Positions 1 through 10,043 of a DNA stretch of 64,000 bases are shown here, piece after piece. The position numbers and the translations under genes were made by a program. The stretch is from NCBI GenBank assembly GCA_963796455.1, contig CAWCLO010000004.1, positions 608,001 through 672,000 of the forward strand. The letters are read 5' to 3'. Each line of letters starts with the position of its first letter. Position 1 is the stretch's first letter. Under the pieces are notes generated by a model. It was not told where the DNA came from. It did no database searches and saw nothing but the letters and a program-made list of their open reading frames with translations. This stretch comes from Candidatus Sulfomarinibacteraceae bacterium (GTDB lineage: Bacteria; Acidobacteriota; Thermoanaerobaculia; Thermoanaerobaculales; Sulfomarinibacteraceae).

Positions 1-12
1 TCCATTGAAAAA

Positions 13-1029
13 ATGTGGTGTATTCGAACTTACACTCCAGCGTACCATGGGGCACTTTTGAGGGTGCCCCCCGCCCATGCAACTCAGAGCGCGCGAAACC
101 GTACCTGGAGTGACGGGGGTTGTTTGCCGGTTCGCTCGAGTTCGGTAGGTGTTCTTGGATGCGGCCTGCTGGCGTTGTTGGTCGTGTCTGCATCCGGTTT
201 CGGGTGTGAGTCTTCGGCCAACAGCTGCGATGGGGTGATCGTATTCTCGTCGTCACACGAGGAAAATCCGGAGATCTACCTCATGCATGTGGACGGCTCA
301 GGGCTCATCCGTCTCACCGACAGGGATCTGAGGGACGGGTACCCGGCATGTTCGCCGGATGGTCAGAAGATCGCGTTCTACGCCTACGAGAATTCAACGA
401 CCCGGTCGATCAACGTGATGGACATCGACGGTGGGAATCGGACGCGGTTGACCCACGAAACGGGCGCCGGGGATGCTTCGCCCACATGGTCGCCCGATGG
501 ACGGTCAATAGCCTTTACCCGAAGGCAAAACGATGAGCTCGAACTCTGGGTGATGCATGCAGACGGCAACAACCAACAACCGCTCGGGGATCTCGACGGC
601 TTCGCCCCGCAGTGGTCCCCTGACGGATCTTTTCTTGCCTTTGCGACCTATCCTCGAGGGGACGTTTTCGTCGCCAATGCCGATGGGACCTCGCCTCGTA
701 ATTTGACCAATAACCAAATGGAAGACATGTGGCCCTCGTGGTCGCCGGACGGCTCGCAGATCATCTACATGTCCGGGGAACCGAAACACCACCAGATCTG
801 GGTGATGAATGCCGATGGTACCGGCTCCAGGCGGCTCACTTTCAATCAGTTTGATGACTGGCGACCGAAATGGTCACCGGACGGTTCGAAGATCATCTTC
901 AATTCGTTTCGGGACGACACCGTCGGTTTGTATCTGATGAAACCTGACGGATCCGGGGAGCGAAGCCTGACACCGTTCTCCGACCACGCGATGCAGGCGT
1001 CCTGGTGTCCTTCAGCAGAGTCCCGCTGA
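13..1029 (+). CDS. TolB-like PD40 beta-propeller protein, probably exported
   Basis: Repeated (P/W)SPDGxxIxF motifs; hydrophobic leader; true start probably downstream of nt 13. Confidence 0.85.
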   Translation: MWCIRTYTPAYHGALLRVPPAHATQSARNRTWSDGGCLPVRSSSVGVLGCGLLALLVVSASGFGCESSANSCDGVIVFSSSHEENPEIYLMHVDGSGLIRLTDRDLRDGYPACSPDGQKIAFYAYENSTTRSINVMDIDGGNRTRLTHETGAGDASPTWSPDGRSIAFTRRQNDELELWVMHADGNNQQPLGDLDGFAPQWSPDGSFLAFATYPRGDVFVANADGTSPRNLTNNQMEDMWPSWSPDGSQIIYMSGEPKHHQIWVMNADGTGSRRLTFNQFDDWRPKWSPDGSKIIFNSFRDDTVGLYLMKPDGSGERSLTPFSDHAMQASWCPSAESR

Positions 1030-1072
1030 AGCGACCGCGCCTATCGGGAGCATCCTCGGATCGACGACGCTC

Positions 1073-3286
1073 CTATCGCTCTCCAGGATGATATTGGGCT
1101 TCGGTGTGGTCTTCGAGTTGCTCCGGATAGAAGTACACGTCGCGGAGATCGCCGGTGCAGTAGCGTTCAATCTGATCGTCAAAATGGGGTGAGTTCACAT
1201 CACCGCTCAGACCCCCTGCCGTGACGGCTTTCGCGCTGATTCTGTCGCCGAATTCGACGACTGCCACGAAACTGTTGCCGCCGGTCCCGTACAGCTTTTT
1301 GGAGCCGTTGTAGCGACGGGCGCCGTAAGACGCCAATGATCCCCACCGCCCCGATGTAAAGCCTACTGCACGGCTTGGTTGCTCGTCGTCGAACGGGTGA
1401 ACGATATCCGCGGAGATCCTCTGAAACCGGTTGATCTCGCCCCACGGAGTCCTCCAACTCCCAAAATCCTGAACGAGCCGATCGGATGCCACTGCGAGCG
1501 CCTCGAGCTTTTCGGCGCCGGTTGTTCGAGTCACCATGTAGTCGTAGATGGAGTCACCGGCGTCCGGGGCCGCGTTTCTCACCCGTTCCATGAGTTCCGT
1601 TCCCCAGAAGACGGCGAGTGAGGTGGCGACCGACGACTCGGCCCAGCGAAGGTCCCACTCCCGAAGCACCTCGATCTGATCCGCCAACGCCGCCTTGTGT
1701 GGATCGGACGCCGGCGCGTTTTCGTGCGCGGTCAACAGTGACGGAATCAACGGCTCGAAGGCGGTGAGATAGCTGTCGTACGCCGCATCGATGAGCGAGT
1801 CGACTGTGAAATCCGTCGTGTTTTCCAGCACTCGAATCGCGTGGACGCCCCTGGGGTTTTCCAGACCGGTGTCCATGTACGACGGGAAGTCATCCCGTTT
1901 TGGAGAGTATTCTCCCGCCACCGAGTAGGGCCAGTTGTTGGTGTTCTGGATCCAGCCGTTTGCCGGGTTCAGGGAACCGACGGTTTCCTCGAGGGTGTGG
2001 ATGCCCTGCCATTCCGTTTCAGGATCGCGCCCGTCGACCGGACGGTTCCAATCGAAATCAGTGTCGCGCCTTGGCACGAAATTCGAGTGAAAGTAGGCGA
2101 TGTTGCCTTCTGAGTCGGCAAACACCGTGTTGTTCGATGAATTGGTGTGGAGCTCCATGGTCCGTGCGAACTCTTCGTAGTTCCGGGCCTTGGTGCGGAT
2201 GTATGACTGGTTGAGAGCCTTGAGGGGCTCTTCCATCAGCCGCACGCTGATCCACTTGCCGTCGCTTGCTCGGACGACGGGCCCATGGTGGGTTTCAAAG
2301 ACCGTGAACCCCCGCTGACCCATGCCGCCTTCGGTTGCGAAGGGCACCATGACGGATCTGGTGAGAACCGGCCGTTCTTCTTCGCCATAAATATAGAAGT
2401 AACTGCCGTCGCGCTCCACGATCGTCTCGGCGTATTCGTCGATGTTGTCCACGTCGCTCGAGGTGTGCATCCAGCCTGCGGTCTCGTTGAAACCCTGGTA
2501 GACGAAGAACTGTCCCCACGTCACGGCCCCGTAGGCGTTCAAGCCCTCGTCGCTGACCACGTGGACCTCGGCTCGAAAGTAGAACGACGTGTGGGGATTA
2601 ATGAGGAGCAGGGCGTTGCCGTTCTTCGTATTCGTGGGAGCGATGGCGAACCCGTTCGATCCCGTCGGTTCAGGAAGAAATCCGGGGTCGCCGCCGGCCT
2701 GGCCGGCCACGCCAAGATGAGCGGCAACCTTCGGCAGAGCCAAGCCGGCCTCTTCTACGCCGTAGAAGGCCTCGAGTTCGTCGAGCGAGACCCGCTCGAT
2801 GTCTCCACCGATCGAACCCTCACTGAAGGTCAGGGCCATCCACGGCTCGAAACGGGTGATGACTCGCGGAGTCACTTCGGGGTGTAGGTGGAGGTAGTAG
2901 TTCAGCCCGTCCGCCCACGCATCCATCAGGGCCCGGAGCCACTGCGGGCTCTCCTCGTACATCGCCTGGATCTCCTCCGGGACGATAAAGAGCTTCATCC
3001 GGAGATCCCGGTAGATCTCCTCCTCTCCTTCGGCCTCTGCCAGTCGCCCCTGGGAGTTCAGAAAATTGACCTCGATTCGGTTGAAATCGTCCTCGGCCTG
3101 GGCGTAGATCAGACCGAAAACGGCGTCGGCATCGGTCTTCCCGTGGATGTGGGGGATTCCCCAGTCGTCGCGGACGATCGTGACGTTCTGGGCCCGTCGT
3201 TCCCAGCGGGCGACCTCGTGGTCCACGGGCGCCTGTGTGCTGCATGAAAGTGAGGCAATAACGAAAACGAGTAGGAATCTCTTCAT
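1073..3286 (-). CDS. Penicillin acylase family Ntn-hydrolase (lipoprotein)
   Basis: RDDWGIPHI, AQAED, beta-chain start GSNGFAIAP; start MKRFLLV with GGAG RBS and lipobox LSC. Confidence 0.92.
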   Translation of the reverse strand: MKRFLLVFVIASLSCSTQAPVDHEVARWERRAQNVTIVRDDWGIPHIHGKTDADAVFGLIYAQAEDDFNRIEVNFLNSQGRLAEAEGEEEIYRDLRMKLFIVPEEIQAMYEESPQWLRALMDAWADGLNYYLHLHPEVTPRVITRFEPWMALTFSEGSIGGDIERVSLDELEAFYGVEEAGLALPKVAAHLGVAGQAGGDPGFLPEPTGSNGFAIAPTNTKNGNALLLINPHTSFYFRAEVHVVSDEGLNAYGAVTWGQFFVYQGFNETAGWMHTSSDVDNIDEYAETIVERDGSYFYIYGEEERPVLTRSVMVPFATEGGMGQRGFTVFETHHGPVVRASDGKWISVRLMEEPLKALNQSYIRTKARNYEEFARTMELHTNSSNNTVFADSEGNIAYFHSNFVPRRDTDFDWNRPVDGRDPETEWQGIHTLEETVGSLNPANGWIQNTNNWPYSVAGEYSPKRDDFPSYMDTGLENPRGVHAIRVLENTTDFTVDSLIDAAYDSYLTAFEPLIPSLLTAHENAPASDPHKAALADQIEVLREWDLRWAESSVATSLAVFWGTELMERVRNAAPDAGDSIYDYMVTRTTGAEKLEALAVASDRLVQDFGSWRTPWGEINRFQRISADIVHPFDDEQPSRAVGFTSGRWGSLASYGARRYNGSKKLYGTGGNSFVAVVEFGDRISAKAVTAGGLSGDVNSPHFDDQIERYCTGDLRDVYFYPEQLEDHTEAQYHPGER

Positions 3287-3392
3287 CAGCTCTCCATCGA
3301 TGCATTTTCGAGGTCGGCACATCCGGGCGAGTCCGGGTTCGCGGTCTGGTCCGGCCCGAACCAATTCGAATGGCCGCGTCATGGTACTCCAT

Positions 3393-3571
3393 CATCGGTG
3401 CCCTGTTGACCGCCCGGTGACCGGGGCCGGGGTGCCAACAATGGTCTCTGCATCGCGATAACGTGGAATGAACGGCACTTATGATCCAGATTGAATTCGG
3501 ATCGGTGCCACATACCGTTTGAACCCACTGTGTCGTCGGAGTGGGATCGGCGGCTCCCTTGAGCACCTATG
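3393..3571. repeat. Cluster of GGGTGCCAC/GTGGCACCC-family sites
   Basis: CATCGGTGCC 3393, GGGTGCCAAC 3430, GGCAC 3474, GGTGCCAC 3504, GAGCACCTATG 3561. Confidence 0.7.
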
Positions 3572-3577
3572 GAACGT

Positions 3578-4060
3578 CTAAGACCCGACCTCGGTGACGC
3601 GCGCTGCCATCTCGGCCTTGAGGAAACGCTGATGATCGAGTTCTTCCTCGGCGAGTTCCTCGAGGATTTCGACGGCCTTGGCATCAGATATGTAGCCGAT
3701 GGCCTGGCGAAAGTAGGCCTCCGCGCGTTCCTCGGCGCCAAGGGCCAAACGATATGCCTGTTCGAGGGTAAATGATGGACCGACCTGATCGAAGTCCGGC
3801 ATTTCCACCTCCCACGGAGCGGCGTCCGTGTATCGAGAAGGACGATCCCCGAACAGCTCTCGCCGACGATCCTCGATCCGACTGTCGTGCTGGCCCTCGA
3901 GATAGGCCATTCGGTTGAAAAAATCCGCAGCATCGGGACTGTTGGATTCCGCCCAGGAAGCCAGCTGCTGGTATGTCTCCGCGGCCTCTTTTTCGAAGAA
4001 GCCCGCCAGATCCAGAACATCCATTGCATCGAGCTTGGAAAAATCGAATTGAATACCCAT
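3578..4060 (-). CDS. Rubrerythrin/ferritin-like diiron protein
   Basis: Two ExxA..Y / ExxH helix pairs (EGQH, ELDH). Confidence 0.85.
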   Translation of the reverse strand: MGIQFDFSKLDAMDVLDLAGFFEKEAAETYQQLASWAESNSPDAADFFNRMAYLEGQHDSRIEDRRRELFGDRPSRYTDAAPWEVEMPDFDQVGPSFTLEQAYRLALGAEERAEAYFRQAIGYISDAKAVEILEELAEEELDHQRFLKAEMAARVTEVGS

Positions 4061-4118
4061 TATGAACTCCTGTGGAGCACAACGCGCAAAGCCGTGTCAG
4101 TAATCCAACAGGTGCGAA

Positions 4119-4260
4119 AGGTGCCGCTGATCAAGATCTGACAAGGGACACGATCGCTTACAGGCGTTGTTGGGTTGTGAGGAAGGCCGCCCATGCCCAA
4201 ACGAATTTTTGTGGGCGACAAATGTGTAAATGTTTGCGTGCCACCCGTGTGGCACACATG
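4119..4260. repeat. Type A element (4119-4195) plus type C right arm with doubled core (4219-4260)
   Basis: GGTGCCGCTGATCA...GTTGTTGGGTTGTGA; both arms match 59687-59746. Confidence 0.75.
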
Positions 4261-4388
4261 CGTGAGCGTCTGTAGAACTCGAGATGATCCCCGCAACAAA
4301 AGGAAACCCGACCGCGTAGGTCTCAATGCGGGGTCGAGTTCCCGAAGGTTCAGTCGGAGGGGCCCGCAAGCGGAAGGGGGATCGCATC

Positions 4389-5432
4389 GTGAATTGGAAA
4401 TCTGTTCTTGCTTCGGCGGGATTTGTGCTGACCCTCATGGCCTGCGGTCAGGACGACCAGAGCCTGTCGTCATTCGCCGCCTTGACCGGCCCTTACCTCG
4501 GGCAGGCCCCGCCGGGCATGACCCCAGAAATGTTTGCCCCGGATCTGCTTTCAGCTGGCGGCAATGAGACCAGCATTTCGTTCTCACCGGACGGACTGTC
4601 GTTCTGCTACACGCTCCTTTCTCGCGGCGATCGGTTGCTTGCGGATCCGAAAGGGCCATTCAAGACGATCTTCATGATGCATTCTCGCGAAGAGGGGGAT
4701 AGTTGGGCCGAGCCCAGGGAGCTTCCTTTCGCGCTGCATCGAATCGCGAGGTATCCGAGCTTCAGCCCAGACGGATCGAGGCTGTTTTTCAATGCGCGGC
4801 CTGGAGGAGTCGATGCCGTCGATACGATGGCCACCGATATCTGGTTCGTCGAAGCACTCGACGACGGTTGGTCCGAGCCGCAGCAGATAATCTTCGGGCC
4901 AGAGTTCACGGGAAAACGAATCGGTGTCTATCCCACCGCTGCGGCCAATGGCAATCTGTACTTCGCGATCTTCGCCGACGGCCAGAACGGTGACCTCCAC
5001 GTGAGCCGGTACGAAAACGGAGCCTACTCGATCCCGGAGAGTCTCACCGATGCCCTGCAGAGTCACGGCAACCACCCGTACATTGCACCGGACGAAAGCT
5101 ACATTCTGTTCGACTGGGAGCTCGAGGGCGAGCATTACGGAGAAAACGACGTCTTGATCAGTTTCCGCGACGGTAGCGGGGACTGGATGCCGGCGCAAAA
5201 CCTCGGTGCCCGGGTGAATACGGTTTACCACGATTGGCGGCCCTTCGTGTCGTTCGACGGGAAATATCTCTTCTTCTCCAGCAATCGGATCGTGAACACC
5301 GAGGTCCCGGGCGGATCCGTTTCGCTTGCCGAGCTTCGGGAGCTGACCAACGTCCCCGCCGACGGATTCCAGCACCTCTACTGGGTTGACGCCAAAGTCA
5401 TCGAGGAGTTGAGGCAGGGGGGCCAGGAGTAG
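4389..5432 (+). CDS. PD40-repeat lipoprotein
   Basis: Lipobox LMAC; GPYLGQxPPGxTPExFAP; FSPDG repeats; HPYIAPDESY. Confidence 0.85.
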   Translation: MNWKSVLASAGFVLTLMACGQDDQSLSSFAALTGPYLGQAPPGMTPEMFAPDLLSAGGNETSISFSPDGLSFCYTLLSRGDRLLADPKGPFKTIFMMHSREEGDSWAEPRELPFALHRIARYPSFSPDGSRLFFNARPGGVDAVDTMATDIWFVEALDDGWSEPQQIIFGPEFTGKRIGVYPTAAANGNLYFAIFADGQNGDLHVSRYENGAYSIPESLTDALQSHGNHPYIAPDESYILFDWELEGEHYGENDVLISFRDGSGDWMPAQNLGARVNTVYHDWRPFVSFDGKYLFFSSNRIVNTEVPGGSVSLAELRELTNVPADGFQHLYWVDAKVIEELRQGGQE

Positions 5433-5506
5433 TAGCTATCGGTGACTCTTGTCCAAAACGGCATTTCGGACAGCTCGAGTTCAAATTCAGAATCGACCCA
5501 GCCGAA

Positions 5507-5551
5507 GCGGGTCTGAAGGTGGGCCTTGGCCCACCTTCAGAGCTGACCCGC
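5507..5551. terminator. Strong hairpin between convergent genes (terminator or REP-like)
   Basis: TCTGAAGGTGGGCC-TT-GGCCCACCTTCAGA, a perfect 14-bp inverted repeat. Confidence 0.55.
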
Positions 5552-6298
5552 GACAAAAAATCCGTAGCTGAAGGAATCGTTGAATCGACGGAACATCGAG
5601 ATTTCCTCTTCGGCCGCTGCTGCGATTTCCCGCGCAATTCCATCCCCCGGATTCTCTTCGAGGAACTCGGGGATCCTCGCCTCCATGGGGCCGTAGTAGT
5701 CGGTCCACCAGGCTTCGGCGGGCAGAATGAAGGAATCGATGACACGATATCCGGCATCGAGAATTGCCTGTCGAACTCCGATCTCGTCGGTTATCGCCGG
5801 GTATTCGCGCAACCACCAGTTTTTGATCTCTTCGTCAGGATCGTTCCGGAGCCAGACGGGTTCGGTCAAGGCGACACAACCGCCAGCTGTCAGATACGGC
5901 CGCCACGTTTTGAGTGCCGCCGTCACGCCGAGAAAATATACGGCTCCTTCGCACCAGATCAGATCCTGGCTGCCATGGGCAACCGGGGGCGCGGCCATGT
6001 CAGCGACGGTCGCGAGGATCCGGGCAGAGACTCCGGCATTGCGGCTCCGGCGGGCGGTCTCTTGGACCATCGACGGGAGGACATCAACAGCGACGATCAT
6101 CGAGTCGGGGAGTGCGCCGGCGAGGGACAGAGTCTGAGCGCCCGGACCGCAACCGAGATCGAGGACGCTGTTCCGAGGGCCGTTCGGCAGGGCGCGAAGT
6201 GCTGCCAATGTGGCTTCGTTGCTGCCCGGTGCTGCCCGCGGCAGAACGCCGTACAACGCGAGGAATCGCTCGAACACATCAGGGTTTGAAGAATCCAC
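5537..6298 (-). CDS. Class I SAM-dependent methyltransferase
   Basis: VLDLGCGPG motif I; DLIWCEGAVY. Confidence 0.9.
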   Translation of the reverse strand: MDSSNPDVFERFLALYGVLPRAAPGSNEATLAALRALPNGPRNSVLDLGCGPGAQTLSLAGALPDSMIVAVDVLPSMVQETARRSRNAGVSARILATVADMAAPPVAHGSQDLIWCEGAVYFLGVTAALKTWRPYLTAGGCVALTEPVWLRNDPDEEIKNWWLREYPAITDEIGVRQAILDAGYRVIDSFILPAEAWWTDYYGPMEARIPEFLEENPGDGIAREIAAAAEEEISMFRRFNDSFSYGFFVAGQL

Positions 6299-6392
6299 GT
6301 GGGCTACGGTAACAAAGATCTCCTGGGTGGCGAGTGTGCAAAATCATCAGTTGCCCCGAGGGGTCCGTCCCGATTCCGAGCAATTGATCTCC

Positions 6393-7532
6393 TCATGGGC
6401 ACGTCGCAAACGCAGCGGTGTCCGTCACGGCATCCGCCGATTGACCAAGAGGGTTGAAATAGGTCACCTGTTCGTCGGTCAGCGTGTCGGTGACCGTGAC
6501 GGTGAATTCTTGATTGGTGGTCGCCGCAAAGAACACCCAGTACCGATTGTTGACCGGGCACCCGTTGAGGATCTTGACCAGAAACTCCCAGTTGTTCGGG
6601 TTTGTGTAATAGAACAGGCCTGAATCGACGGTGTCCGGATCGGCGCAGAATGCGTCCCCGGTCGTCCCGTTGTTGAGACGATAGTTGATTTCCACTTCGA
6701 ACCTGTTTTCCCGCAAACACATCGTCGTGGGGCTCGGTATGCATGTGCCGGCCGCTGTTTGTTTCGTGATGTAGAGGTCGTCGATGTAGGCGCCTTCTTT
6801 CACTATCGAACCATCACTTAAGAATGAAAAGGCCAAATAAACAGTGCTCTGACCCGTGACGTCACCAAGTCCAGGGACATCAGTGAAGTCGATATCACGA
6901 CGTTCCCAGCCGTTCGATGTCCCGCCTTCCTGGGCACCGTACCAGTTATCCAGATCAGTCGACACTAACCAACTGATGTAGTCGTAACTGCGTTCTTCGA
7001 TGTCATACCACATGTTGAAGCTGATCGATCCGCCCACCGCGTCGCTCAGGTCGATCGGGCCGTAGACGATGATGCTAATTGTGTCGTTTGCGTACGGCCC
7101 GCCAGGCGGTTCGGCGTTGACACCGGAAGCAACACACCACGCGCTCCAATTTCCGCTATGGCTTCGATACGAGCTATCGCCCCATGAGACTCCGCCCGCA
7201 GTCGAAAAAAACCAAGATTCGTCGCCCCAATCTTCACTTTCGAAGTCCTCATCCAATACAACTACCGTGGCTTTCTCGGTAGGGGTCTCCATTCCGAAAC
7301 CGGTGTCGCGAGGGAGAACGATGTCAGTCATTTTCGGAAATCTCTCGTCGGCACCCACAGGTAATTTGGCTGCAAGTTCCGGCGTTGAAAAATGGACGTA
7401 TTCCTGAATGGAGGATTTTGGCCCCGTCGTATCCTGTGCGTCTGTTGGCAGAGCGCTCCACAGAACAACGAAAGCGATCAGCACGGTACCGGCTAGAAAA
7501 CGATTTGGCCTGTTCTCTCGTGACAACTTCAT
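6393..7532 (-). CDS. Secreted protein with beta-sandwich domain and Cys-bounded C-terminal domain
   Basis: Signal peptide; GAYIDD; C-terminal CLxxxRF...DSGLF...NWExLVKxLxGC...WVFxAAxT domain. Confidence 0.8.
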   Translation of the reverse strand: MKLSRENRPNRFLAGTVLIAFVVLWSALPTDAQDTTGPKSSIQEYVHFSTPELAAKLPVGADERFPKMTDIVLPRDTGFGMETPTEKATVVVLDEDFESEDWGDESWFFSTAGGVSWGDSSYRSHSGNWSAWCVASGVNAEPPGGPYANDTISIIVYGPIDLSDAVGGSISFNMWYDIEERSYDYISWLVSTDLDNWYGAQEGGTSNGWERRDIDFTDVPGLGDVTGQSTVYLAFSFLSDGSIVKEGAYIDDLYITKQTAAGTCIPSPTTMCLRENRFEVEINYRLNNGTTGDAFCADPDTVDSGLFYYTNPNNWEFLVKILNGCPVNNRYWVFFAATTNQEFTVTVTDTLTDEQVTYFNPLGQSADAVTDTAAFATCP

Positions 7533-7677
7533 CTCGTCCTCCTTTTTGGGCGCAGTTTTCCCTCAATCGGGTCTCGGCGAACCACTCGCCGGGAACTCTC
7601 GCTTTCATGAAATTGGCCTTGTTGAAAAGATGTGTCGCAACACGGTCCGCGTCAACCTGGAAAGGTGATGAAAATGT

Positions 7678-7723
7678 GGGTGCCGCACATTCGATAGTCA
7701 GGGTGGCACCCGTGACACCCATC
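7678..7723. repeat. GGGTGCC...GGCACCC element with stuttered core
   Basis: GGGTGCCGC 7678; GGGTGGCACCC 7701; GTGACACCC 7712. Confidence 0.75.
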
Positions 7724-7879
7724 TGGCGGGATCCACCAAAACCGGCGGCGGAATAGGCTCCAGACCCCCCGTGTTGCAACAGGATCAGATCAAAAAAACC
7801 TGTCGCGCAAGGATGGTAGTTGGATGCCAGAGCTCCTCTTGCGCACGGATCGACTTCGACACCACAAAGGGGTGAAACA

Positions 7880-8959
7880 ATGACGTCTGAGAATTCGCGA
7901 AGCACCGAGGGTCGCGGCCGCCTCTACGACAGCGTTGTCGACACGATCGGCAACACGCCGTGTATCCGAATCAACCACCTGGCGCCGGATAGTGTCCGCG
8001 TCTACGTCAAGGCAGAGTTCTTCAATCCCGCCTCGTCGATCAAAGATCGTCTGGCGATCAGCATCATCGAGGAGGCCGAGCGCCGAGGCGACCTCAAGCC
8101 CGGCCAAACGGTGGTCGAGGCGACCAGCGGCAATACCGGTATCGGACTCGCCATGGTGTGTGCCGCGAAGGGATACCCACTCGTCGTCGCGATGGCCGAC
8201 AGCTTCTCGATCGAGCGGCGCCAGCTGATGCGAATGCTCGGTGCAAAGGTCGTGCTGACGCCGCGCGCCGCCAAGGCGGTCGGCCTTTACAAGAAGGCCC
8301 AGGAACTGGCGGATGCCCATGGCTGGTTCCTGGCACGGCAGTTCGAGACCGACGACAACGCAAAGGTGCACGAGAACACCACGGCGCGCGAAATTCTCGC
8401 AGATTTCTCCGGTGAGCGACTCGACTACTGGGTGACCGGCTACGGCACCGGAGGCACTGCAACCGGTGTCGCGAGGGTGCTGCGCAAGGAACGACCCGAA
8501 ACCAAGATCATCCTCAGCGAGCCCTCCGATGCGCAGCTCGTCGGCAGCGGCATCCCGCAGGAGCGCGGTGAACAGAACGCCCCATCTGTCGGCCACAGCG
8601 AGTGGAAGCCGCACCCGATCCAGGGCTGGGCACCGGACTTCATCCCGTATGTGTTGCAGGAGGCGATCGACAACGGGTATTACGACGAGCTGATTCCGGT
8701 AGGCGGACCTGAATCCATCGAGTGGGCCCGCAAGCTCGCCAACCAGGAAGGCATCTTTACCGGGATTTCCGGCGGCGCGACCTTTGCCGTCGCGATGCAG
8801 ATGGCCGAACAGGCTGAACCGGGCTCGGTGATCCTTTGCATGCTGCCTGACACCGGCGAGCGTTACCTGTCGACGCCCCTGTTCGACGGGATCCCGACGG
8901 AGATGACCGAGGAGGAGACGGCATTGTCCCTCTCGACCCCGGGCTTCCACATGGAGTAG
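7880..8959 (+). CDS. cysK: Cysteine synthase A (PLP)
   Basis: IGNTP, NPASSIKDR, EATSGNTG, GYGTGGT, PDTGERYLST. Confidence 0.92.
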   Translation: MTSENSRSTEGRGRLYDSVVDTIGNTPCIRINHLAPDSVRVYVKAEFFNPASSIKDRLAISIIEEAERRGDLKPGQTVVEATSGNTGIGLAMVCAAKGYPLVVAMADSFSIERRQLMRMLGAKVVLTPRAAKAVGLYKKAQELADAHGWFLARQFETDDNAKVHENTTAREILADFSGERLDYWVTGYGTGGTATGVARVLRKERPETKIILSEPSDAQLVGSGIPQERGEQNAPSVGHSEWKPHPIQGWAPDFIPYVLQEAIDNGYYDELIPVGGPESIEWARKLANQEGIFTGISGGATFAVAMQMAEQAEPGSVILCMLPDTGERYLSTPLFDGIPTEMTEEETALSLSTPGFHME

Positions 8960-8974
8960 GGGAGCCCTTTCTTT

Positions 8975-9030
8975 GGGTGCCACTTAGGGGGCGCACCCGT
9001 GGAGTGCTGTTCCTTCGATGTGTAGCACCC
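8975..9030. repeat. GGGTGCCAC...GTAGCACCC element
   Basis: Starts 16 nt after the cysK stop; internal GCGCACCC. Confidence 0.7.
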
Positions 9031-9110
9031 TTCTGCGCTTGATTTCAGACCCTGTTACCGGGAAGATCATTTTGGAGATTCCGTCGACAGGGGCTGATTG
9101 GAGCTGAGAA

Positions 9111-9974
9111 ATGAACATTGGGGGTCCGAAGACGATTCTGGACATCATCGGCAGGGAGCAATGCCCGGCGCCGTGGTCAGAGGGCGAGAACATACCCTGG
9201 AATGATCCCGAGTTTTCAGAACGCATGCTCGCCGAACATCTGAGCCAGGAGCACGATCTGGCCAGCCGCAGGAGCGAAAACATCGAACAGCACGTCGAGT
9301 GGATATTCTCGGAGGTTATGGGCTCCCGGCCGGCAAGAGTGCTCGATCTCGCGTGCGGGCCCGGGCTGTATTCGATTGCCCTTGCAAGGAATGGCTGTGA
9401 GTGCGTCGGGATCGATTTTTCACCGGCGTCGATTCGGCACGCGCGAGAGATCGCCGGATCCGGGTCGAGCCACGCCTGCAGCTTTCATCACGCCGATGTG
9501 CGGGATGCCCGGTTTGGCGAGGATTTCGATCTCGTGATGATGATCTACGGACAAATCAATGTTTTTCGACGAGATCAGGGTCTAGAAATCTTGAAGAAGG
9601 CCCACAGTGCCTTGAAGTCCGGAGGAGTCTTGTTGCTGGAAGTTCAGACCCGTGAGCAGATTCAGAATGAAGGGGAGTCGGAGCCTACCTGGTATTCCGC
9701 TGAGTCGGGTCTGTTCTCCCCGGATCCGCACCTTGTTCTTCAGGAAAATTTCTGGGATTCGGATGCAGGGGCGTCGACCAGTCGTTTTTCAGTTATTGAA
9801 GCGGCGAACTGTTCGGTGAGCACCTATGCCCTCAGCAACGAAGCGTACACCGTCCGGGAGTTCGAGGACACCCTCGATTCGGTTGGTTTCACCAACATCG
9901 AAATGTTCCCTTCACTGAACGGTACTGCGGTTGACGAAGCGCATGACCTTCCGGTCTATATCGCTCGGAAATAG
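9111..9974 (+). CDS. Class I SAM-dependent methyltransferase
   Basis: VLDLACGPGLY, GIDFSP; PWNDPEFSERML. Confidence 0.9.
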   Translation: MNIGGPKTILDIIGREQCPAPWSEGENIPWNDPEFSERMLAEHLSQEHDLASRRSENIEQHVEWIFSEVMGSRPARVLDLACGPGLYSIALARNGCECVGIDFSPASIRHAREIAGSGSSHACSFHHADVRDARFGEDFDLVMMIYGQINVFRRDQGLEILKKAHSALKSGGVLLLEVQTREQIQNEGESEPTWYSAESGLFSPDPHLVLQENFWDSDAGASTSRFSVIEAANCSVSTYALSNEAYTVREFEDTLDSVGFTNIEMFPSLNGTAVDEAHDLPVYIARK

Positions 9975-10009
9975 ATCGGCAGAGGAGGGTCAAAACGTCG
10001 ATCTCCCCA

Positions 10010-10025
10010 GGGTGCCCAGGCACCC
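10010..10025. repeat. Collapsed element GGGTGCC-CA-GGCACCC
   Basis: Two cores separated by only 2 nt, between convergent genes. Confidence 0.7.
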
Positions 10026-10043
10026 ACAGAATTGCCGGCGTCT

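Noticed and set aside
7790..8983. Long antisense or alternate-frame ORFs (also 15264..16511, 16638..18191, 29395..30519, 37895..39088, 50410..51753)
   Set aside because: Shadows of well-supported genes in GC-rich DNA, with no recognisable motifs.
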